A DNA stretch of 57,780 bases, the filler included, from Sphacelaria rigidula (Eukaryota), in the NCBI GenBank assembly GCA_964200075.2. It is 6 parts of 6 records of this genome, joined end to end, with 100 filler letters (N's around TTAATTAATTAA, not from the genome) between each part and the next. Parts side by side here need not be neighbours in the genome. Positions count along the whole stretch, not along the records: positions 9,649 to 19,195 come from CAXNAA020008256.1; positions 19,296 to 28,842 come from CAXNAA020008257.1; 4 more parts are not named here. One strand, written 5' to 3'. Every line of letters starts with the position of its first letter. The first letter of the stretch is position 1. Positions 12,345 to 24,471 of the stretch are shown piece after piece. Position numbers and translations under genes: made by a program. Below the pieces are notes generated by a model. That model searched no databases. It was not told the DNA's origin and saw only the letters and a program-made list of their open reading frames with translations.

Positions 12345-12640
12345 AAATGGTAAAACACCATGAGGCGGTGCATGAGCCGTGACGGTCTCTGGTAGTGGAG
12401 ATACCTGAGGGAAAAGCAACTCATTGTAGGCTGTCATCCAAGTACACGATTATCAGTAGGTTTCGGGCCGAACAATCTTGGTAGGATGCAACTCACCCTG
12501 CATGCGACTCACCGAAGATGTCACGGCGCTTGGTGATATCGTGCGAGCCTGGTCCGGCGAAAACCCAGTGTGCTTCGTCCCGGCTTTGTAGGGATGCCAG
12601 GTCAATGGTCTTACGACTATGGCATGCATGATCATGGGTC
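12345..12640 (+). mobile_element. Long copy of the G/C-run-associated repeat in a myosin intron
   Basis: Colinear with 57425-57731; C-run before (12328-12338) and after (12640-12657). Confidence 0.88.
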
Positions 12641-12665
12641 CCCCCCCCCCCCCCCCCACGCACAC

Positions 12666-12700
<35 letters not shown>

Positions 12701-12861
12701 GCGTTCCACTTGGGTGTGCTGACGCTTCGGTTGTAAGAAAACGATTGGCACGGCGTTCTCAGAAGTTCAAGATTTTGAGACAACGCTAACCCTGATCCTG
12801 ACCCTCGCTCACGCCGCGTGTCCTCCCGGCCCTGCTTCCGTCTCCGTCGTACTCGCTCCAG

Positions 12862-13080
12862 TCTACCCTCGTGTCTTACCTTTTGGAGAAGAGCAGAGTC
12901 GTATTCCAAACGGCGGGCGAACGGAACTACCACATTTTTTATCAGCTGGTATGCGGCGCGGATGAGAACCCGCAGCTGAGAGAGCGTCTCCAGTTGGATG
13001 GATGCGAGGCGTTTTCGTACCTGAATCAATCTGGAGTGACGCGTATTGAGGGGCAGGTGGAGGAGGTCGAGTTTGACGAG
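12862..13080 (+). CDS. Myosin motor domain exon
   Basis: CCAG|...|GTGTGT, phase 0-0; STLVSYLLEKSRVVFQTAGERNYHIFYQL...FSYLNQSG matches the myosin YLLEKSR/ERNYHIFY motif. Confidence 0.96.
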
Positions 13081-15237
13081 GTGTGTGCCTGCGTACGTGT
13101 GTCTGTGCTGCTTCCTCCTGTGGGAAAATGAAGTAGATGGCAGGGATGCGGTTTATGTCTGATACCACCGGAGAGAACAATGATGTCAGGTAACGAACCT
13201 CCTGAAGGTATTACGAGAGTGCTTTGGCGTGATTCTTGTGCTTCAAGATGCCTTGAATTCGAGGAGAATTGCAGTGCCGGAGTCACGCCACGGTAGGTGT
13301 TACACTTTTGGTTCCAGATCTGTCTTATTCGGGGGTAAGTAGACTTGGGAGCTACACAAGAATGTGGGTCAGGTCACTCCCGTTTTCGAAATCATTTGGG
13401 ATATCCCTAGCCCATTAAAATGCTCATCGTGGCGCTCTCTCACATATTTCTTAAGTCGCTTTTTGGATGAGGTTAAAGGCCGCTGTGTGATGCTACGGTA
13501 AGGGTGCACAACTATTTTCTGACGACGATTTGCTGGGGGTCCTTCATGCCATCCCAAACACGATTTTCAAACTTTGTGAGAATACGCTAGCATTACTATT
13601 GCAATATGCCGAGGATTTCCCGAAAAAAATTGCGAACGGGGATGTCCCGACCCATATATTGTCTTTCCCTTGTCCCAAATATAAAATTCAACCATCCATT
13701 CAATCCCAACCAACCAATTAATCAATTAATGAGTATGATAAATTCAGTTTTTTTTTCTGTCACTTTCGTATCGAAAACAGTTCGACATAACAAGAGCAAC
13801 AACGATAACGGTACGTTGACTGCTGTTTTGTCAACTGAGAGTGCATTATTCAATGTGTAGCTGGTGCAACGTAATCTCATAATTCGAACCTCATTAAAAT
13901 ATGTTTGCACCCCTACCGAGGTGTCACTCGCCAATTACCCCGGAGTTTTTGAGGTTTCGACCGTACAAAATAGTGAAATTGCGGGGTATTGTACACCATT
14001 GACCGGAAATAGACACCGAGTTTTTTCCAGAGCATGTGCAACATTCACCCCTACCCGTGCCGTACCCTACTCTGTCCTCCTCAACCCTTTTTAAGTAACG
14101 TTGTGGTCCATTGTCTTTTTTACTGATGGTCTGGAATATTTACGTTGCATAGTTTGTCGGTGATGCTGATGATGCTTATCTTAACCGTTGGGACGCGCGA
14201 GTAAGCCTGTCTGTCGTCTCAGCATCAAGCTTGATCGGGACATGACTGTCGGAATATGTTGCGTGCCCATCTTCGAGGCGCTCGAAGGGTTGGAAGGGTT
14301 GATACTGATCTCATCCAGATCAGTTCTATATTTTTTCTGTGATTCATATTGAATTAGGAGGCGAGTGTCCAGCCATTTCATCAGGTGCCATCTTCGAGTG
14401 CTCAAAGGAATGTGGTTCGCATCATTGTTTTTCTTGTTTGGCGTTGGGAGCTGTTGGTTGTTCAATGTTGGACTCCGCGAGAGCATCGCTGAAAAAAAAC
14501 AGAACAGTTATAAAAGGTTGTGGGTTTTTTCCCGCCATGTAGTGTTCCGCTGGACGATGAGTTGTCGAAGGTACATTTGTTTGAAAGAACAAGAGCCGCC
14601 CCCCCTCGTTGCCCGGCGTGTTACTTAGTTGCAAGAATTGCTGCATAGCCCCCTGTGTGTACATCAACATACAAGTAACGACTCAATTTTTTCTCCCCCT
14701 CCTCCCTGATCCGTCGCTTCGTCTCGCAAGAGATCCGTGGTCAACGGTAAAACGACAAAGGCAAGCAACGAATGAGTGTACGCGGCGAAACCCGTCCCGG
14801 CTTTGTAGGGATGCGAGGTTGATAATCATGGGACTGGGGTAGTTTTGTTGTTGTCACTCATGACTCAGATTTTTAAAATCATTTTGATATCGATCATATA
14901 TCGCAATGATACTTATAATATATTTTTTCTTGTCTGCGTATATTGGTCGTCGAGTGTATTTCACCACTTCTCTCTTCACACGTACCTTTGAAAAGCATGT
15001 TTGTTGAGTTGGGGCATGCCCCACGGTCGCAGTTTGTCTGCAGGGCAGTGCAGACGACGTTCGTGTAGTGACGAAGGTTTCAATTGATGCGATCGTGGTG
15101 AAAAACAACACTGGCAAAAATCAGGAGTGCTCACAACGATTCTCATGTATTCACTCCTCATTTTGATGTGTCAACTGGTTGACCTCCAGCTCCCCGTAGA
15201 TCGCACAGTTTAGCGATATCGCGCGCGTAAAATGTTT

Positions 15238-15412
15238 CATACGTGGACAACACACGGGCAATAGTTGCAATAGACAAAAAAATATGTACGGGTAAAGTAT
15301 TGGCCTATTGCTACTAGTGTCGGGCGACAGCAATCGCAATAGGACCATACTTCATCAGGTATATTTATTTATTGTTCATTGCGACTGTTGACCACATGTT
15401 GTCCAAGGTGTG
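15238..15412. mobile_element. MITE of the CACACCTTGGAC subfamily
   Basis: Colinear with 1400-1569; ends TGTTGTCCAAGGTGTG. Confidence 0.75.
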
Positions 15413-16799
15413 AAACATTGACAATTTAGATCTGTTGTTCTCAAATTGCACAAATACCCAGTCATGTGAGGGTGACAAATTACACCACAACTGGATATTT
15501 GTTCAGTGATGAATTTCGTCGACCGGTTTGTGCAGTCTACTGGATCCAAACTACGAAGGGGTCAACCCTTTCACCGCCAGTGAACATGTGTTGGATCGGC
15601 ACTATTGACACTGGCAAACTGAATCTGACTACCAGTTCATGTGCACCCCTCAAGCCCCCGAATCAGGGAGCGAGGAGGATGGGGTCGGGTAATCTATGTC
15701 CGAGCAGTCAGGCTGCTAGACGTGGTCGACCTTTTGATAAAATAAATGGTCCACGTGTTGAAAGCATGACACGGAACTGGAGACGAAGATCTGTGTTGTT
15801 TTTGAGAGATTGGTATGAGTTGACCGCGAGTCAGATATATCAAGTGGATACAGTGACTGAAAAAAACACCAGCTAGGCAGCCAAGTTGTGGAGTTTCCTG
15901 GCGACCGCGCCGCACCCTTGAGAGGGGTTGTAGGTGTAGGTGAAGATCAGCTCACCTCCTGCTGCCAATGCAACGACTTCTAGACGCCTCCATACTCCTT
16001 CTCAAGTTTTTTCTGGCTGATTTCTAGAATTTTCTACACCTGACGAGCCGTTCCTGATGTCCGCAGGATGCCGAACTTGCGGTCCCCCAGAGAAAATCGA
16101 CAAGGATCATTTCCCACGACTAACACATCGCTAGTTGTATGGTCCTCATGAGAGATCTTCTCTCCCGAGAAGTACAAACCTGTGTGTGCTGGACATGCAT
16201 TCTCGAAACGAGACTGAAGCTAGAGCACAAGCACTACCCGCACGGTAGCTGTTGTCTCGTGGCAACATGATGTTCTATCTGAGGACAATGGGGGAGGTAC
16301 TCGGAGTTTTTTTTTCCCTCGAAAGAAGGAGGAAACCTCGCCCAATACTCACCCCGCAAGCGGATTCATGCGCCGATTACCCGGAGGCTTGGTCAGACCG
16401 CCTTACGGCAGTCATGCGGGGTAGATGCCCCGAGCATTCGGAAAGCTTACCAGAAGGGCGAGTGTGGCGGATCGAACCGACGAAAACCTCTCGTCAACTT
16501 GGGAGTAGTACACGCGCCACCTTACACTACTCTTATATGAGCTCCGGCCCCAAGAGTATGCTGCCCCCTGACGTAACTCGCTCAAGTATATATATACCGG
16601 CGAGTCACGGGTTCTCCTGCAAGTTGGGGCGAGCGATGTTACTGTCCGACATGTTGGTCTTGGGCAAAGCTCTCCGAATGTTGGTTCGCCACAGTCAAGC
16701 AGTCTCAACGCACTCTTCTACTGAAAACTAAACCTTCCCCCCCCCCCCCCCCGCCCGCCCGCCCCCTCCTACCGATCGCTCGTGTTCCCCCCGTGTCAG

Positions 16800-16994
16800 G
16801 TGAGGAATGCGATGGACACGCTTTTGTTCTCACAGGCGGATAAGGAGACCATCTGGGCGGTGTTGGCAGCAGTGTTGCATGTGGGTAACGTGCAATTTAC
16901 GGACAAGCGGCACCCAGACGTGGACGACGAGGCGAAGGTGGCCAACAAGGACACGCTAGCGTTTGCATCGCATTTAATGGGCTGCGACGCGAAG
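16800..16994 (+). CDS. Myosin motor domain exon
   Basis: TCAG|...|GTGAGC, phase 0-0; VRNAMDTLLFS...IWAVLAAVLHVGNVQF matches the myosin LAAILHLGNI.F segment. Confidence 0.93.
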
Positions 16995-17077
16995 GTGAGC
17001 CGTCGTTCTGATGAAACGGGCCCGGGAGGTTGGTGAAGAGGGGAAGATATGACGAAGGGGAGGGAGGAGGGGGCGCG

Positions 17078-18135
17078 GGGCGGATACTGATGAACTTGTG
17101 TGCCCTAGTCATCTGATTCTTGATCTCGTATCCATAAAATGCCGGGACGGAGCACGCCGGGCCCAAATTAGGCTCGCGAGAGTCGCGGGACAATGAGAAT
17201 GAGGGGTGACGTGCATCATGAAAAGATTCGTTGGCCCGAAGTGTATCACTTATCTTGCACATGGGTGACGGTGTGAAATAAGTTGCTCCACTCGATGGTA
17301 TTGTCAAAGGGCAGGACGTGTAGAGTCATACTCTTACTACTCAAAGTTTGAGTAGAGTATTTGAGATCATACTCAATCTACTCGAAATTTGAGTATTGAG
17401 GTCACGCTTAAGTGATACTTACACTCGAGTATTACTGAGGGTGCTTACTCAATATTTGAGTAGAGTATTGGAGGTCGTACTCAAGCTATTCCAAATTTGA
17501 GTAGAGTATCGTTCACCCATTTATTCAACATAGTCTGTGAAGTGACGTCACAAAGTCGCCGACTGTCAGGGATACTCTCCATACCTAAGGGATACTCTAT
17601 TATCAAGTATTACTGAGGGTGCTTATTCAATATTTGAGAGGAGTATTTGAGGTCGTACTCAACCTACTCAAATATTCAAGTAGAGTATTTGAGGTCATAC
17701 TCGAGTATCACTGAGAGTGCTTACTCGAAATTTGAGTAGAGTATTCGAGACCATACTCAATTTACTCAAGAGAAGAGAAGAGTATTTGAAGCCGTACTCG
17801 ACCTACTCAAACGTCGATTAGAGTAAATACTTGAGTATTTTACTCGAGTACTCAAAAATACATCCTCTACTCGACCTACCCTTGGTATGGTCACATCCAG
17901 AGACAGCCATGGGTTACACTGCCTCACGGTTGTCTCACCATTCGAACACTGTGTAGTGCGATCATCCCCTTTGCGCGGACTTTAGGTTCTCGCACCCTGC
18001 ACTATCTAGTCTAACTCGACCACCATGGCTACCTAAAAATACACGAGCAAGAACAAAAACGGTATCCTGGTTACCTACCCCCACGCAGTCAGAGGTGTGT
18101 TTTACAGCGCCGCTGTCAATCGATGCTAACCTGAG
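17078..18135 (-). mobile_element. Near full-length diverged copy of the G/C-run-associated repeat, split by a nested MITE
   Basis: 17078-17304 and 17885-18135 align in order to the reverse complement of 57215-57731. Confidence 0.75.
17305..17884. mobile_element. hAT-like MITE with internal GAGTA/TACTC repeats
   Basis: Ends CAAAGGGCAGGACGTGTAGAG ... CTCTACTCGACCTACCCTTG; ~8-bp TSD GTATTGTC/GTATGGTC (7/8); related end at 28720-28741. Confidence 0.75.
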
Positions 18136-18775
18136 TAGGAAGCTCTCCCTTGGGGGTGTATGAGCGGAGTACCCACCCCATGTTCTATTGGGCAGGACGG
18201 GTGGACTTCTGCAGACCACAAACGTCATGTATCCCAAGGACTGAGGTCCTCTTGACTCTACATGACATGGTAGCAGGCACGTGGTGTCAGTTTATTCTCT
18301 AACATGGACCATGTGTGAGAATCATTGCGGTGTACTCGGTTAGTGAACACTGTCAGTCAGATCTCTGGGTGTCTTCTCACAACAAGGAACGAGGTGCAGT
18401 ATTTGTTGAAAATACATGTATTTATACACATGCATTCTCTGTTGGGACAAGTTCATGAAGTATAAAGTGAAGTCCCTGGTACAGGCGCGCGTTGTTTGGC
18501 GTGGTGCCGTGTGCAAACGAAAAGAAATCGTTTTTCGTGCACCGGACGTTGCTCACGATGACCGAGTAGACCATTGGCTCGGTGGGGGGGAACGTTCATG
18601 ATGCTGACACGTTTTGCCATCGACTTTGCTGGCCCGTTATGTGTGATCACATATGTTGTATTGCCGCCGCCGCTACTACTGCTGCTGCTGTTTGTATGCC
18701 CGCTTCAGCTGTAGCCGGCGCTGTGTGTAGCTAATACTACGTTCGTATTTTTTTCTCTCGTTTTCACCGGTGCAG

Positions 18776-18934
18776 ATGATGACGGCGTGCCTTACACGGC
18801 GGAAGCTCAGCACGGGAAACGTGGTGGTACCTTATAAGGTGGGGGAGGCGGGACACGCGAGGGATGCTATGACCAAGACCCTGTACGCGCTGCTTTTTGA
18901 GTGGATCATCAAGCAGATCAACAAAACGCTGGAG
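18776..18934 (+). CDS. Myosin motor domain exon
   Basis: TGCAG|...|GTGCGG, phase 0-0; ...ARDAMTKTLYALLFEWIIKQINKTLE matches the myosin RDALAKxLYxxLFxWIVxxIN helix. Confidence 0.94.
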
Positions 18935-19195
18935 GTGCGGTCATTTTTGGTCACGTTATTATTTTTTCTTCTTCTACTTCCCCACGTTTTTTTAAGCTTT
19001 TGCTTGTGTAGTTTGACGTTCATCTTTTTTTTTTCCAGTAGTATGTGATGATCATGAATCGAAATAAAAAATCCTCGAATCTGGAAAGATTTGCAGACAT
19101 CGTTGATTACCCCCCCCCCCCCCCCCCCAACAACAAAACAAAAAAAAACAGACACCCCCGAACAAGGACAGGAGGGGAAGGGGGAGGGAAGAACG

Positions 19196-19295
19196 NNNNN
19201 NNNNNNNNNNNNNNNNNNNNNNNNNNNNNNNNNNNNNNNTTAATTAATTAANNNNNNNNNNNNNNNNNNNNNNNNNNNNNNNNNNNNNNNNNNNN
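19196..19295. other. Artificial contig-joining linker
   Basis: Same 100-bp N/TTAATTAATTAA/N structure. Confidence 0.97.
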
Positions 19296-20087
19296 CGGCT
19301 GATGCGCCCACATATTCCGAAAGGGGTAGACTGGCGCCCAGAATAAATGGGACGACAACACACACAACTAGTACATCGTATCGTTCAGTTTCCGCCTGAG
19401 ACCACAGGAATGGAGTTTCGCGGTTGCCCGTGGCGTGCAAGTATTGTCGATCCTCTTTCCTATGAATTCTGATTGGCTCTCACCTAGTATATACTTGTCG
19501 GTGCTTGGCCTTTTCCAGGTCGAGTTCGCCGTGGTGTATGTAGACATGATTATTCAGGCTACACTATCGATGAAACAAATGCACGTGCTCATTTATGTGT
19601 CGGGAGAGTAGCACCATTTTGCTGTTAGTGATTGCTCACGTGAGTCGGCGCGCTGTCTTCCCCGAGGAGGCTGCAAAGCTTTAGGTCGTTGTGATGAAAG
19701 CCCCGGTTTCCGAGAGATTTTCACCAGCAGCTAAGTATTCGCTGGACGTTTTCCGAAACCTAGAGCCGTATGCAGCAAGCCATCAGCCTGATCCGGTCTT
19801 CGCGTGTATAGTGATGACAGAAAGTTTTGCCCAAATCGCTGTTGGTGAGTCTCCTGAAAAACTTATATACATTATAACTAGGGCTTGCTCTGCGCCGATC
19901 GAACGGTATTTTGCTCGTTCTCCAGAATATGAATTGGTCCCTTGTTCTTGCCACAGATAAATGCAAGCATCTACACGTACGCCCAAAACTTCTGGATCCA
20001 ACACCAAGGTAGCGGGATTCGCATGGCCAATCAGTACATAGTCACTTACGGTACCCAGAGATGGCCCTGGCACTTTGTATCCCCTTA

Positions 20088-20350
20088 TTTGTCAGCCCCT
20101 GCCGTGCACATCTGGCCGCACCACACTAACTTCACGTTGCGGCTCGAGAGATGGACGGCTGGGTGGAGGATTGAGCTACGAGCTGTCATATCTCTCCCGC
20201 GTAGGTCAAGACTGGATCGCTGTACCGACCAAAATGCGTACCAAGATCCTCGCACGGCTGCTGCCAAACCGCACATGCGACTTCAGGGTAAGGGCAAAGA
20301 ATTCCGCTGGATGGGGCGATTATTCGGAGACCAATGAGCTCCAAACTCCA
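20088..20350 (+). pseudogene. Fibronectin type III domain relic (apparently frameshifted)
   Basis: 20171-20350 translates LSYELSYLSRVGQDWIAVPTKMRTKILARLLPNRTCDFRVRAKNSAGWGDYSETNELQTP (FN3 C-terminal strands L.P...F RVRA.N..G.G.YS); the plausible N-terminal strands (SAPAVHIWPHHTNFTLR) lie in another frame. Confidence 0.65.
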
Positions 20351-22397
20351 TGCGGGAGGAGCAAGGTCGGTGGGACGATCGACGACGGGAGCACACAACA
20401 ATATAGGTCTAATGGACGGGTTTTGTGTCTTCATGTATCGACTACGCACCAAAGCTCCCAGAGATCAACACGGCTGTTTGGACGCGATCGCGGTCTGTTC
20501 GCCCGACCCATTCGACACTGGCACCGAGATATGACTAGTAATTATTGTCCATTCGAAGGGGGCTGTGCGGACTACATGCTATGATCAGATTCACATGATA
20601 CGATGATGCTACAGTGCAGCAAAGCTCCGCCCGCTAAACGCGAAGAACCGCACCCCTAGTGAAACCACGATAGTGTCGCTAGTATGCTGAAACAAACTCT
20701 CGGATTGCTCCGGTGTTTCACGACGAACAGGTACTGCAACTTGAAAGATCGTAGCGGCTTGCCTGCGCGTCGCATGCCAAAAATGTGCCAAACATGGTGT
20801 CGCATCATGCGTCGTATCATGACATCGAGCTACTATCAGACCTCGGGTGCTTTGTATGGTGCAAACTTCCAAGAACTAACTCCTGCAGTCGGCTGAAAGT
20901 GGACGGCCCGGGTTGATCACGACCCAGTTATCGTGTAGTGTATCGACGTCGTGCTCACCGCAATTTCGCTTCGTCGAACCGCACCGCAATGTCGCTTCGT
21001 CAAACCGGCCTATTAGTACTCTTCCTCGCCCTCCATCTTGTCCTCCCTGTGTGGTATGACCGCTGACCTCTTCTACTCCTATATCTATCTCGGCCTTCAC
21101 GTTGGCGTGGGTCGCCACGTCACGAGCTCTTGTACTCAGCGAAGAAGGCGCCCATTGATTGGTTGATAGGGTGTTTGGTGCACATGCCAAGGGAAGCTAA
21201 AGTGCCGGCCTGAGTATCTCTTTCGCGTTTTACAACTAAACAATGACCGTCGAGCCAACGGGGTGATAACCACGCCGGATTTCCATAACCTCAACAACAC
21301 TGTACGAGTGGCGGCGGCAGCGAACCATCGCAACTCACACAGCCAAAGAGCGCAATCACAATTTACGATTTTCTGCAGGAGCTAACGGGCTCAACCAAGC
21401 CTACAAGGCAAGCGTTCATATTTGTCTGTTCGTCACGATTGTTGGTCCGAGAATGAAAAATTAATGCCATGCTGAACTGCCTGATGTCAACTTTCGAGCA
21501 ATGACCACACAGGGTGGTCACCAGCACGGCACGCCGTCCTCCATCAGCCCATGGTGAACGCAGGTATATTTTGTCTTCCTCTCGTTTCTAGCCCCTTCCC
21601 TTCCTCGGGATGAGTCCATGGTCTCGAGGGATCAATCCACCTATCCATCTCTCGCCGGGTACACGCCTAACATTTTGGTACCGTGGATTGGATCATGACC
21701 TAACAGTCCCGCACCGCATCGACTGTCGATTGTTGTATCAAACGCAGCCGAACACCTCGTTTTTGTTGCTCAAGTTCTCACGTTTCCAACGACAAAAATG
21801 AGATAATTGTGGGAATAAATTCAACACAAGACGCATCTGGCGGGAATCAAACCATCGTTTTCCTCGTCCTATGGTGTCACTCGTACGATAACACGACCGG
21901 GTCGCGCCCTTGAGGATAATAACTGTACACATCGTCGAAAAACGAAGAACACCCAACAGTACATGCAGCTATACATCAAGAAAAGACAGACAAACAGCCC
22001 TAACCCGGTGCAGCACTTGCATATTCCTAAGCAACATGTAATCCTTTCACGTACCAACATGTATCCGGCTGTAGAACGTGACGACAGAGGGGATTCTGCG
22101 GCACGTATGACTGAATCCTACCCTACAAGGACTTCACAAACACCGTACACAAGGCAGCTGTTCCGTCAATGCATTTCCTGGGAATCTGGCAATGGCGAAA
22201 CGCACCTAGAACAGGGACCATCATGGTCAAATCCAAGTGAAGGATGAATCCAACAACCACATTCCTTCCAACAATGAGGGTTGAGACACCGTGTGGATAT
22301 GTAACTCAAGTGGAAGGGAGGGTGCCAAGTACGTTTTTTGGGAACAAGACTCAAAACATACCGGTGATCGAGGCGGCAAATGAAAGTACCTAGTCAC

Positions 22398-22632
22398 CTG
22401 CGGCTTTCCACAGTACAAGCTCGGCCCCGGTGCCTGCCGAGGAAACATCCCCCCTACCGGACGCCCAATTGAGGTGTGGACTCTCGTCTGCTTCGAACAA
22501 GAGTTTGGCTTCCAGGTAGGTGATATATTGCTGCGGCCAATCTTGCTTGAGAGATGCGGCGAGCATGAAGCTGATTTCGGAATACGCCGTGCCGGATGAA
22601 TCCACCACGTCCCTGTGTGTTGGGAACGGCAC
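22398..22632 (-). CDS. Putative exon of the same unidentified minus-strand gene
   Basis: CTGCAG acceptor and CAG|GTGACT donor; open globular-looking peptide VPFPTHRDVVDSSGTAYSEISFMLAASLKQDWPQQYITYLEAKLLF...; no motif recognised. Confidence 0.3.
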
Positions 22633-23433
22633 CTGCAGCATGAAACTTCGGTGTTGCCATACTTGAGGCAAGAACGGCATAAAGATATATATACATCCTC
22701 GTTATTTATTTCCATTCGTTCTGGAAGTACTGCCGAGGGTGTTGGTACGAGTACCGACGTCAGAAACGAGAGGTGCCGAGAGAGAGCGAAGTCTAATGCA
22801 TCCAATCTAAATGAATCTAATGGCGGGGCGAGGAAACGTATCCACAACCAACAGCGTCTCTGAGGTACCTCACCAACGGCCAGCAATGAAGGCCCTCAAG
22901 ACTGCTATCGGGTCGCCGTCTCCCCTACCTCCTGCGCCAATCGGGTGACAGAAAAGAAAAATGCCTGGAAAAGGATACTTGTCTCTCACCATTCCACCAA
23001 AGCCAATATGGCGCCTCTCAAGCGGCAAAGCCCTCGGACTCTCGTCAGCTCCTTGCGCTCGACCCCAAGCCCCGCGGTATTCCCTCCATTATCCTCAGAA
23101 ACAGCGTGGCACTCCCAGGGCTGCGATAGTCAACATCGTAGCGCTTTTGGAGGTCGGTGACATCTATCCCGTGTCAGAGGTTCGCGACTTGAACTGGAGC
23201 ACATAATCCGTGTACCCAGGGACATTCATGCACTGCTGGTGGTGAACAGTCGCGTCGAAAACAATATTTTCAACATTCGACCATCACCAGTATCCCCCTC
23301 GCTGACAGTGTCTACACGAGCAGGCAGTGATACATGGTACGAAGAGGCATGCTTTTGCGTATTCTCAAGCAAAACTAGATGTCCACCAACGATCAAAATT
23401 CGAATAAAGGGGTCCGGTAGCACCATCACGCAC

Positions 23434-24471
23434 CTGCTCACCGCCTTCTTCGCCCGCATCTTTGCGCGGTATCCGATCACCCACACGAGTGCCTTCGTGC
23501 CGTCCGCAACTTTCGCCATCGTCCGCTGTCCCATCATCTCCCCTACCGTCTCCTGGCTGCCGTACAGTCTGTGCCCTGGACTTCTGTGTCTCCGCTGAAG
23601 GCAACGGTTGGTTGGATTGCGCCGTCCACAGTCCACTGTCTACACCTGTATTCCCTAACCAAGGGTTGCCATCTACCTCACGTGTTTGAGATGGGGAAGT
23701 CCGATAGCCCTCCGCCCGGGCAGGGGTAGACTGCGGCGTTGACGCTTGTGCGGTCGGCGTAAAAAAACTCAGCTGCATCGCCATTTGCTCGTTCCCATCT
23801 CCTTCATCAGTGTCACCGGAATGGGGGCCCCCTTCTCCAAGAGAGCCTTCATCCTGTCTCATCCAAAGCCCACCCTGTTGTCCGACATCATCATTCCGAC
23901 TCGAACAGTGCACATCACGTTTGTCCGCGCCCGTTCGCTTCGGCTCCTGCATGTCATCTGTACCGCCCCGACTCATCCACACACCGCGCTGTTCAGCAAG
24001 TCTTACCTCTGCATTTTTTCCTGCATCGAGTGCCCCTTCTCTTTGAGTAGGCATGCTCACACCGAGGTCCCTACCTGCTTCACCACTGACTCCGTGTTTC
24101 ACCTTGCTTTGCCTCATGCGATCACGCGGGCGCTCAGTCTCCACCGTCCGTTGCAGTCCATCTACGCCGTGTGTTGTCCACTCCCCTCGTGACCGCGTTG
24201 CCGACACTGTTAGATGTGCGGGATAGCGCCTACCTTCGCGAGACATCTCGGGCGTGATACAAGCAATACCTCTTCCGTTAGATTCGTTGTCACTATTCTT
24301 GGAGTCCCTTTCCGCGTCGCTGGTGCCGACGGGATTCTGGCCTCCATCGTCGCTAACACTACGGCGGGGTCGTGTTCGGTGGGCAGGAACATGAATACCG
24401 GCGCTTGCAGGCAGTCCTTTCAGCCCGATGGTCGCTTTCGTGAGGGAGGACGGCGCTGCCGACGGCAGATT
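23434..24471 (-). CDS. Putative large low-complexity exon (346 aa) of an unidentified spliced gene or pseudogene
   Basis: Within ORF 23365..24855; C-rich tract + GGGCAG acceptor and GAGCAG|GTGCGT donor, phase 0-0; G/D/E/R/S-rich with no recognisable domain. Confidence 0.45.
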
